Assembly: GCA_048550035.1 (NCBI GenBank)
Contig: JBLYYQ010000011.1
Coordinates: 1 to 42,459, forward strand
Source of the DNA: Nitrospinota bacterium
GTDB taxonomy: Bacteria; Nitrospinota_A; UBA7883; JBLYYQ01
Length of the DNA: 42,459 nt
Direction of reading: 5' to 3'
Positions 36,201-42,459 of the stretch are shown in pieces. Positions within the stretch are counted from its first letter, which is position 1. The number at the start of each line of letters is the position of its first letter. The position numbers and the translations under genes were made by a program. The notes under the pieces were generated by a model. It was not told the origin of the DNA and made no database searches. It was given only the letters and a program-made list of their open reading frames with translations.

Positions 36201-37265
36201 GCACAGTTCAAGGACGATAGTTGGCATGCAGTCTTGATGACCGCAGAAGGTAGCGGTGGTGATACAATAGTAGCGCTAGATATAACCTCGCCAGATGATC
36301 CAAAGTTTCTATGGGAGTTTGGTCATCCAGAACTATTCAGATCACGCTCATCACCTTCAGTAAGCGCGATCGGTCAGATCTACTCATCAACAGGTCCTGT
36401 TTGGGTATCGTTTTTTGTTTCAGGTCAGAACAAGGTGGCAACAGATCCAGCATCAATATTTGCAATTGAACTGGAAACGGGTAGACTAATCGAAAAGATT
36501 GTACTTTATACAAGCAGGGACGGACTAGGTGGTACACCCTCAGGTCAGCCAGCCTTAATTGATTCAGATGGGAATGGTTATGCAGATAAGATGTTTATCG
36601 GAACCGATAAAGGTTATATATATAAGATTCTTCTGCCTGACGAGCCTGATTCAAGTTCAAATTTCCAGGTCTGCGATTCTGCCTTTTTTCAGGCAGGTCA
36701 ACCGATTCATGCCTCACCTTCGGTAGCAATCAGGAGTCGATCAGTCGGTGGTTCTATGGCAATGACACCGGTTGTATTAATAGGGACATCTGATAGTCCA
36801 TATCACATTGATGAAGATGTTAATACTGTCACAAAATATAAGTTTTTTTCCATCGGTGGATCAGCAAATAAAACCTCATGCAGGCGCGGAGAAAAGCTTT
36901 GGGAAAAAGAGCTAGATGCAGGTCATAAAGTATATGGATCAGCATACATTTCTGCAGATCGAGTCTATTTTGGAACAAGCGTAGGTGATACTGATGACCC
37001 ATGTTCCACTTCAGGATATGTAGCGACAGGTACTCTTGGCAATCTCTATGTATTAGATATTATTTCTGGGCCAGACGAACATGAAGAGGTCATCGAGAAT
37101 GTAGGGAACATTGTCTCATCACCAATTGTAGAGGATCAACATCTTTATATAAGAACAAAAGAAGGAGAGCTAAAAAGTTATGGTGATGGACCTTATCAAA
37201 ATAGCTCTCAAGTTAGTCAGAATAGTATCACTGTGAAAACAAAATGGCGCGAAATTGCTAATTGA
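33246..37265 (+). CDS. pilY1: PilY1/PilC-family tip adhesin, paralog B (~1339 aa), same architecture as paralog A
   Basis: Collinear with paralog A over its whole length, for example PTIAQPLINW, GGDFDFNDVVF, IDHSTPAVVGAP, VYAGSKIGMIHSFEAGKF, WHAVLMTAEGSGGDTIVALDITSPDDPKFLWEF and DSDGNGYAD. The ATG at 33246 (GGAGG at 33234-33238) is preferred over the GTG at 33222 in the track. Confidence 0.85.
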   Translation: MISNRIRGSYLQLVPILALSLLLLTDWRTDSNAASLGQLAGCAEGGSYSTGSEGFDLEDYDLASIAVSDSGKLVLETGLDAIDASNIIFPFRQSASISFISEGAGAIGALGWLNVGMADQCMKGRFGSSYTLPSATNQTGISFRDLYLAHQWCLSEPTIAQPLINWIFPYIDDEDSNGIIDKQYTVNNWQYNPGGTQPSAGRQITFSRNNNREATTETSYANNANMDPNFDGNLDILDSRVILPEFQAGTEVVFFYALKRKDKHLYFSKDYWDLIDSSTLTGGGTTVCPSDDAPSISCSLRKILEDDRSGSSPCNPNPSQSVYYNFDLAVSALERTTSSACTLISWNYNNADQWDSSSSLRDQYIPQFTYGLIDNGSRQNLLNFHGISFTGTTSQKKFTYNNRFNHYVSVAPPADQYRWLLGLEDLPGGGDFDFNDVVFMIEKKTGGTVNLKSTKALTPDEEDAFIISATIKVADTMPCSGETVIDYFVSVDNGGNWVKINRDDWATIETPSSREVTDWDYGSPEKTVREVTLNFIDLGIGGQELVWKADLLSQDQECIPTIDELDIDFEAAKSHEFSRSSPTVLANVVYTTSYETPNVAWDEFTTRGHLYSTELYSPENAREEDSSTNVQNWDAGLLLNSTALTQRKVLTPDINVKAFTEVLGRGRDATDGLFNFTLSKKPIVFGSVTITDGREIFTDSRTSDLVGNLGGTGKIDRHTGAITELSFNSTVANNRKIRATYSYYKTSPDMVNLSSSDINNKKLGIDDSSIITSRGRMFLDDYNNDNQITEDDASWVKKWITGYKNGIDSRKEWILPSIDHSTPAVVGAPAIHSWYYGFDVSSDVRSSYDTFMCEQRERATRVYAGSKIGMIHSFEAGKFRAYHIDESMLPRSNKCSNNNTYKKAINTKVALDPISNDLYPVYKPNNSDTVFINRGYYEWTDGNPDYGTGKESWAVVPNDLLPRLKNHINGSEDFSEVDASPSVVFAQFKDDSWHAVLMTAEGSGGDTIVALDITSPDDPKFLWEFGHPELFRSRSSPSVSAIGQIYSSTGPVWVSFFVSGQNKVATDPASIFAIELETGRLIEKIVLYTSRDGLGGTPSGQPALIDSDGNGYADKMFIGTDKGYIYKILLPDEPDSSSNFQVCDSAFFQAGQPIHASPSVAIRSRSVGGSMAMTPVVLIGTSDSPYHIDEDVNTVTKYKFFSIGGSANKTSCRRGEKLWEKELDAGHKVYGSAYISADRVYFGTSVGDTDDPCSTSGYVATGTLGNLYVLDIISGPDEHEEVIENVGNIVSSPIVEDQHLYIRTKEGELKSYGDGPYQNSSQVSQNSITVKTKWREIAN

Positions 37266-37274
37266 TAATTTAAT

Positions 37275-37844
37275 ATGAAAACTATGCAAGTTAGAGTTGC
37301 TAATGATGGTGGGTTTACGCTCATAGAACTATTAGTTGCGATTGGAATAATCACAATTCTCACTGGGATTGCAATATTTTCATCCGGTCAATTTTTAACT
37401 AAACTATCTGCCACAGGTGCTAGCAATAGTATTGCTCAGATTATTATGTTTGCAAAGTCTGAAGCTACCAAGCAAGGCAAACAGGTGATAGTTACTATTG
37501 ACAAGAGTAATAATGTCTTTGATGTATCAGATAGCGATTCAAATAATCTAATAACAGCAGATGTTGATGCTAACTATAAGAATATTGAAATTGAGTCAAT
37601 CGAAGATTGTGATAGTAGTGATATTTCTACCATCACCCTTAGTTCATCAGGTTCTGTTATTGCGGTTGGTAACAGTGGTGGATCTCTTAGTGATGGTGCG
37701 ATGCCAGTTGTTATATCGGTTAAACATAAGTCAGCGACTAGTACTGAACCGAGCAAGCTTGTCACAATATATAGATCAGGAATAACTAAGGTCTACAGCT
37801 CTGATAAATTCAAACATAAAGGTGAGAATTCAGCATGCGAATAA
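37275..37844 (+). CDS. GspH/FimT/FimU-family type IV pseudopilin
   Basis: NDGG|FTLIELLVAIGIITILTGIAIFS prepilin motif, then SNSIAQIIMFAKSEATKQGKQVIVTI, which resembles the GspH-domain block (xxARxEAixxxxxV). Length is 189 aa. Confidence 0.7.
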   Translation: MKTMQVRVANDGGFTLIELLVAIGIITILTGIAIFSSGQFLTKLSATGASNSIAQIIMFAKSEATKQGKQVIVTIDKSNNVFDVSDSDSNNLITADVDANYKNIEIESIEDCDSSDISTITLSSSGSVIAVGNSGGSLSDGAMPVVISVKHKSATSTEPSKLVTIYRSGITKVYSSDKFKHKGENSACE

Positions 37845-37894
37845 CTATTTAACAATTAGAGTTTTTGTTTTATCATTACTCTATTGTTAAATAG
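37845..37894 (+). terminator. Long AT-rich imperfect hairpin immediately after the pilus operon (possible terminator)
   Basis: ctatttaacaat (37845-37856) pairs perfectly with attgttaaatag (37883-37894). The stem extends by 4 more bp (agag/ctct) across a 1-nt bulge. It is followed by agagcttttag rather than a strong U-run. Confidence 0.33.
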
Positions 37895-37915
37895 AGAGCT
37901 TTTAGCTAGCGTGCT

Positions 37916-38599
37916 ATGAATTTTGAGATCCAGAATAGAATTGATGCTGTCCGAGATAAGATCAAGGATGCCGCTATTCTCTCTAAGCGCGATCCTAGCG
38001 CCATCAAGTTAATTGTGGTCACGAAATATGCTTCCAACCACGAAACATTAGAAGCTATCAGGCTTGGGAGCAACCATATCGGCGAATCCCGTGTCCAAGA
38101 GGCGATTAGTAAAAAGAGCCTTATCCCTCCAACTGTTCAGATCCATATGATAGGGCCACTTCAGAGTAATAAGGTCAAACATTGTATCGATCTTTTTGCG
38201 TTAATTCACTCTATCGATAGATTATCATTGATGCAAAAATTAAATGAACAAGCTAGAGCGCATAACAAGATTGTAAAAGGATTATTGCAGGTTAACATAG
38301 GCGATGATCCAAACAAGTCTGGCTGTAAGATCTCTGATTGCAAAAATTTGTTAAAAGAAGGCGAGTTACTCAACTTTTTGAAGATTGAAGGATTAATGAC
38401 TGTCTTACCATATAATGTTGAACCTGAGTACTCTAGAGTATATTATAAAGAGCTACTAAATTTAAAAAATGAGTTAAACCAAATAGGGCTTGAGAAAAAT
38501 AGACTCAATGAGATCTCGGCAGGGATGAGTCATGATTATCATATCGCTATTGAGGAGGGCGCTACGATGGTTCGAGTTGGGTCTGCTATTTTTAAATAA
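37916..38599 (+). CDS. yggS: PLP-binding homeostasis protein YggS/PROSC family
   Basis: KLIVVTKYASNHETLEAIRLGSNHIGESRVQEA contains the PLP lysine context VTK and the GENxVQE-like block. LHMIGPLQSNK-type block, MSHDYHIAIEEGATMVRVGSAIF and the 227-aa length also fit. Confidence 0.9.
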   Translation: MNFEIQNRIDAVRDKIKDAAILSKRDPSAIKLIVVTKYASNHETLEAIRLGSNHIGESRVQEAISKKSLIPPTVQIHMIGPLQSNKVKHCIDLFALIHSIDRLSLMQKLNEQARAHNKIVKGLLQVNIGDDPNKSGCKISDCKNLLKEGELLNFLKIEGLMTVLPYNVEPEYSRVYYKELLNLKNELNQIGLEKNRLNEISAGMSHDYHIAIEEGATMVRVGSAIFK

Positions 38600-38625
38600 T
38601 CTATATACAAGGATAAAAGTGACTT

Positions 38626-39453
38626 ATGAATTTAATAGATAAGAAGATAGCGATAATCGGATTAGGATTTATGGGATCTGCTATTGTTGAAGGGATTGCA
38701 ACTAGATCAGATTTAAATCTCAATAATATAATTGGAGCTGATGTTGATAGCTGCAAGAGTCGTGAGCGGCTTACAAAAGATAAGATTAATATCACTGTTA
38801 TTAGTGACAACTCCAAAGCTGCCTCAGCTGCAGATATTATTTTGTTAGCAGTTAAGCCAAATGTAGTGAAGGGAGTTTTAAGTGAGATCAAGGAGAAGGT
38901 AGATGAGAAGAAGTTGATTATCTCAATTGCGGCTGGAATTAATATTAAAGATATAGCGAGTAGCTTGCCAAATACTGCAAAAATTGTCAGAGCAATGCCT
39001 AATGTTGCTGCTACTATTGGTCAGTCAATTAGCGGATTAAGTAGAGGGGCTAATGTTACAGATAGAGATTTTCAAATTGCAGTCGATCTGTTTTCATTGA
39101 TAGGCTCAACTTTGCAAGTGGATGAAAAAATGTTAGATGCTGTCACTGCAATTTCAGGTGCTGGTCCTGCCTATCTATTTTTATTTTTAGAAAGCTTAAT
39201 TGATGCTGGAGTTCTATTAGGCTTAACAAGAGATGAGTCAACACTCTTAGCGAAGAAGATGACTCTAGGTGCCGTGATGCTAGCTGATCAATCAGCATCT
39301 CATATTAGTCAGCTCAAAGAGATGGTAACCTCTCCTGCCGGTGCGACTATTGCTGGATTACAAGAGTTAGAGGAATGCAAGTTTAAAGCTGCTATACTTA
39401 AAGCTACTGCAACTGCCGCCAATCGATCTAAAGAGCTAGGGAAGTTACGCTAG
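38626..39453 (+). CDS. proC: Pyrroline-5-carboxylate reductase
   Basis: IAIIGLGFMGSAIVEG Rossmann motif, ILLAVKPNVV, RAMPNVAATIGQSISGL and VTSPAGATIAGL are ProC signatures. Confidence 0.93.
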   Translation: MNLIDKKIAIIGLGFMGSAIVEGIATRSDLNLNNIIGADVDSCKSRERLTKDKINITVISDNSKAASAADIILLAVKPNVVKGVLSEIKEKVDEKKLIISIAAGINIKDIASSLPNTAKIVRAMPNVAATIGQSISGLSRGANVTDRDFQIAVDLFSLIGSTLQVDEKMLDAVTAISGAGPAYLFLFLESLIDAGVLLGLTRDESTLLAKKMTLGAVMLADQSASHISQLKEMVTSPAGATIAGLQELEECKFKAAILKATATAANRSKELGKLR

Positions 39454-39569
39454 AGGCTGCAAGCATCGGATAGAATTATATTGCGTGTCTGAAGGGTAAT
39501 ATGGTAAACTTAAAAAAGGTTATCTGTTAGAGCCTACAATTATCTGTGTCATTATTTTGGTAAGTTAAT

Positions 39570-39875
39570 ATGTTTATTCTTGGAAATTTCATTGTTGCAG
39601 TCAGCTATATAGTAGATATAGTACTAGTAATCTATATCTGGATGGTCATAATCTCTGTCTGCTTGCCATTACTTGGTGCAGACCCTTATAATCAGATAGT
39701 ATCATTCATATATGCGCTTACGAATCCAGTTCTAAATATTGTCCGCAAGTATATTCCACCGATTAGCAATATCGATATATCACCATTTATTATTATATTA
39801 GCAATATATTTTTTTCGACATTTTTTAGTAGGATCAATGTTCCAGATCGGAGCGCAATTGAAGAGTGGATTTTGA
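39570..39875 (+). CDS. yggT: YggT-family membrane protein
   Basis: 101-aa membrane protein. DPYNQIVSFIYALTNPVLNIVRKYIPPISNIDISPFIIIL matches the YGGT repeat block. It follows yggS-proC. Confidence 0.85.
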   Translation: MFILGNFIVAVSYIVDIVLVIYIWMVIISVCLPLLGADPYNQIVSFIYALTNPVLNIVRKYIPPISNIDISPFIIILAIYFFRHFLVGSMFQIGAQLKSGF

Positions 39876-40170
39876 GCTCATAAAAGAGACTTCAGCTACT
39901 TTATTGAAAGTAGTTATTGTACCATCGTCTTCTTGTTGCAATGTAGATTCTATTATTGATAAGAGAGTGAAAATAAAGTTAAAATCACCGCCGGTTGATA
40001 ATCGAGCTAATCGTGAGTTGATATCGTTTTTAGCCAAGCTACTAAAGCTTAAGAAGGGTGATATCTCGATTAAAAATGGACTAAGTAGTAAGCGCAAATC
40101 TATCCTTATAGAAAATTGTGACTATGAGCAGGTCAAGGGGACTATTGAACAATTATTGGCTAATAAATAA
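39865..40170 (+). CDS. yggU: DUF167/YggU-family protein
   Basis: GTG start. IKLKSPPVDNRANRELISFLAKLLKLKKGDISIKNGLSSKRKSILIE matches the DUF167 core (APPVDGkAN...L..fLAk.l...k..i.i..G..Sr.K). It lies downstream of yggT. Confidence 0.8.
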   Translation: MDFELIKETSATLLKVVIVPSSSCCNVDSIIDKRVKIKLKSPPVDNRANRELISFLAKLLKLKKGDISIKNGLSSKRKSILIENCDYEQVKGTIEQLLANK

Positions 40171-40209
40171 CTATATTGGACTAAACTAAATTTTAAAAAC
40201 ATTGGGTGG

Positions 40210-40629
40210 ATGATGAGACGAGTTTTAATAATTACATTATCTGCATTACTACTTTCTGGTTGTGCAGAGTTTTTAGCAGGTGTTGGCGTTGGCGCTGGTA
40301 GTTATCTTTTTTATGATAAAGGTAATATTTCGTACAAGTATAATCGTCCATTTGAAAAAGTATGGAGCTCTACATTGGCAGCTATTGCAGGATTAGGATT
40401 TGAACTTGTTAAGCGTGAAAAAGATGATTTTTATGGCTCAATCAAGGCAAGAACTAAAGAGGAACGAGAGATTGTTTTTATTCATATAAAGAAAAATGAT
40501 GAAGACTCTACCACTGTTTCAATCTGGGTTGATTGGCATGGTGACAAAGGTCAAGGCGAAGCCATTCATGATGAGCTAGCAACCGTTCTTAAGTCAGGTT
40601 ATAATAGATTTGATGAGGAGGCTAAATGA
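40210..40629 (+). CDS. Small lipoprotein (DUF3568-like by recollection)
   Basis: MMRRVLIITLSALLLSGC has a lipobox. The 139-aa length and pattern (YKYNRPFEKVWSSTLAAIAGLGFELVKREKDDFYGSIKA...TTVSIWVDWHGDKGQGEAIHDEL) resemble DUF3568 lipoproteins. Confidence 0.6.
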   Translation: MMRRVLIITLSALLLSGCAEFLAGVGVGAGSYLFYDKGNISYKYNRPFEKVWSSTLAAIAGLGFELVKREKDDFYGSIKARTKEEREIVFIHIKKNDEDSTTVSIWVDWHGDKGQGEAIHDELATVLKSGYNRFDEEAK

Positions 40630-40654
40630 GTTTAATGAAAGTTATTTTTCGATT

Positions 40655-42187
40655 TTAGTGGCTCCCTTTTTTCTCTTTTGCTTTAAAGCGTTCAAAGACA
40701 TTTTTTTCTTTAATAATTCTGACTAGCTCAGCATCAATTTTCCCAGCGGCTGCACTTTTTTCTAATACCGCCAATGCATGCTCAATTGAGTTCGCTCTTT
40801 TATATGGTCGATCTGGTGCAGTTAATGCCTCTAGTTGATCGACAACGGCAAGTATCCTAGACTGAATCGGCATCTTATCATAGGTCAACTTATCAGGATA
40901 GCCTGATCCATCCAATGCTTCATGGTGCGATCCAGCGTAAAGGGCGACATTTTTTAAATTATCAGGGAAGAATATATCTTCTAACATCCTCTTTGTTACT
41001 ACAATATGATCTTCCATCAATTTTCGTTCATTTTCATTAAGCGAACCATGTTTAATAGCAAGATTTTGTAGCTCATCATCGGTAAGAAGTTTTTTAAATT
41101 CCGCTAAAGGTTTGGATTTTGCTATCAAATATAGTCGATTTAATTTTTTATCGTCCATTTCTACGTTGGGACTGTTACAAGATTTTAAAAAGTTAAGATC
41201 AGATTCGATTACTGCTACTTCCTCATTTAATTTATCCATGATCTCTTTACGATCTGCCGTTGGATCTGCTAACAATTTTTCTAAATAGGCATGCTTAGTT
41301 GCCATAATAAGATGTTTAAATCGCTCTTCGATCAATACAATTCGATCAAATATAGTCTCCAATTTTTTAGATTTATCCATAATATGGGTAGGTGATACAA
41401 TCTTTCCCATATCGTGTATCCAACCTGCGACTGTAAGTTCTTTAAGCTCTGCTTCACTAAATTTGACCATTTGATATGGACCATCATCAACTTCATTGAG
41501 AGCAAGAGCAAGTTCTAAAGTTAGTTTTGCTACACGTTCTACATGTCCATGTGTATATTGGCTCCTAGCATCAAGGCCTGTAATGATGACCTTCATAAAT
41601 GAGTTAAACATCTTTTCAGTTTCAATTAAGAGTTTGCTGTTTTTTATAGCCATTGCAGCTAGTGAGGCGAGTGACTCTGCTAATATTATATATTGATCTT
41701 CAAATCCACTCTTGGATGAGCCATCACTATTGATAGCGTTGACTAGCTGTAATACACCGATTGCATCTTTCTCATGATCTAAAAGTGGAGTAACAAGCAT
41801 AGATTTAGATCGATATCCTTTTAACCTATCAAATTCTTTTGGGCCAGTAAAATCAAACTCTGTTTTGCTATATAGATCTTGAATGTTAATTGTCCGCTTG
41901 TTAATTAACGAGTATGCAGAGACAAATCTTGGATCTTTCGGTATAGGAGGAATATCAACTTCTCCTCCGGTGTGACCTCCAAGCTTAATTCCAAGAGAAC
42001 GATTTTGACTGATCTTCACATGGAGCTTTTCATCCTCTAGAAGGTAGAGTGTTCCCCCATCTGAGTTAAAAAAAGAGCATGCTTCTTCTACAATTTTCTC
42101 AAGTAGGATATCAAGATTTCGTTCTGCTGATAGAGAAACAGCGATCGCAGATAGGCGCGTTAGTAAGGAAAGATCAGATTGAAGCAT
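40655..42187 (-). CDS. GAF domain / HD-GYP domain protein (probable c-di-GMP phosphodiesterase or receptor)
   Basis: N-terminal GAF-like region (ILLEKIVEEACSFFNSDGGTLYLLED...GVLQLVNA). HD-GYP motifs HGHVERVAKL, GWIHDMGKI and HHEALDGSGYPDKL. Confidence 0.88.
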   Translation of the reverse strand: MLQSDLSLLTRLSAIAVSLSAERNLDILLEKIVEEACSFFNSDGGTLYLLEDEKLHVKISQNRSLGIKLGGHTGGEVDIPPIPKDPRFVSAYSLINKRTINIQDLYSKTEFDFTGPKEFDRLKGYRSKSMLVTPLLDHEKDAIGVLQLVNAINSDGSSKSGFEDQYIILAESLASLAAMAIKNSKLLIETEKMFNSFMKVIITGLDARSQYTHGHVERVAKLTLELALALNEVDDGPYQMVKFSEAELKELTVAGWIHDMGKIVSPTHIMDKSKKLETIFDRIVLIEERFKHLIMATKHAYLEKLLADPTADRKEIMDKLNEEVAVIESDLNFLKSCNSPNVEMDDKKLNRLYLIAKSKPLAEFKKLLTDDELQNLAIKHGSLNENERKLMEDHIVVTKRMLEDIFFPDNLKNVALYAGSHHEALDGSGYPDKLTYDKMPIQSRILAVVDQLEALTAPDRPYKRANSIEHALAVLEKSAAAGKIDAELVRIIKEKNVFERFKAKEKKGSH

Positions 42188-42281
42188 GTGTTAGTTAATT
42201 TAAATATAAACTAAACTTAGATCAATTATATTTTATTCTTCTAAATAAAAATTTATCTTAGCATGATAACATACTTTCACT

Positions 42282-42459
42282 ATGCGAATCATAGATAGAT
42301 ATATTTTCATCGAGCAGCTTAAGATATTTTCCGTTGTAACAGCGATGATAATGACAATGTTGTTGTTTGGTGATTTTCGTTTTTTATCAGATATTTTATC
42401 AAGTAACGGAATAAGCTTTGAATTGGCTATAGATATTTTCAGTGGACTTATAGCCAAAT
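42282..42459 (+). CDS. LptF/LptG (YjgP/YjgQ) family LPS export permease, N-terminal 59 aa (partial; runs off the right edge)
   Basis: Not in the ORF track. The ATG at 42282 gives MRIIDRYIFIEQLKIFSVVTAMIMTMLLFGDFRFLSDILSSNGISFELAIDIFSGLIAK. This has the family's characteristic (I/L)DRY(I/L) start followed by TM1. Confidence 0.7.
   Translation, partial: MRIIDRYIFIEQLKIFSVVTAMIMTMLLFGDFRFLSDILSSNGISFELAIDIFSGLIAK

Noticed and set aside
29756-37765. About a dozen 60-90-aa ORFs nested in the two pilY1-like genes and the fimT-like gene, on both strands
   Set aside because: They are nested within ~4-kb ORFs that are conserved between the paralogs. None has a start context or motif.
38601-40097. 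Minus-strand ORFs 38601..38891 and 39834..40097
   Set aside because: They are antisense to proC and to the yggT/yggU junction, both of which carry clear family signatures.
1-42459. Mobile elements, prophage, defence islands, CRISPR arrays, tRNA and rRNA genes
   Set aside because: I looked for integrase, transposase or recombinase motifs, terminal inverted repeats, direct-repeat arrays and tRNA-like structures in every gap longer than 60 nt and found none. All gaps are short and AT-rich.

Overview
AT-rich, densely coding chromosomal window from a diderm bacterium (LptF/G-type permease, lipobox lipoproteins, type IV pilus genes); I cannot name the taxon. Most of it is housekeeping. In order: dnaB 5' part (minus strand, runs off the left edge, absent from the ORF track); rplU-rpmA-obg; a 13-gene respiratory complex I operon in the unusual order nuoF-like, nuoG-like, then nuoA-B-C-D-H-I-J-K-L-M-N, with no nuoE. 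Next come four non-housekeeping genes: a secreted HEAT-repeat protein, a lipoprotein M43-like metzincin, an NTP-transferase-like protein and a TPR-like protein. Then rpsF-ssb-rpsR-rplI (minus strand), nagZ, and dnaN without dnaA. An 11-kb type IV pilus minor-pilin/tip-adhesin operon follows (pilV-, pilW-, pilX-like, two tandem ~1340-aa PilY1-like genes, a GspH/FimT-like pseudopilin). The window ends with yggS-proC-yggT-yggU, a small lipoprotein, a GAF-HD-GYP protein (minus strand), and the 5' end of an lptF/lptG-family gene (plus strand, runs off the right edge, absent from the ORF track). I found no rRNA, tRNA, CRISPR array, transposase, integrase or recognisable defence system. The best candidate for something undescribed is the pilus operon. 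Both giant PilY1-like paralogs carry a large N-terminal module ending in a GGDxDFNDxxF motif (DUF4114-like, recalled from memory) where the Pseudomonas PilY1 has a vWA domain. The operon also differs from the fimU-pilVWXY1Y2E paradigm in gene content and order. Second is the complex I N-module: a HydB/HndC-type long NuoF, no NuoE, and F-G placed upstream of A. All family assignments come from motif recognition by eye, with no searches run. Promoter and hairpin calls are low confidence.
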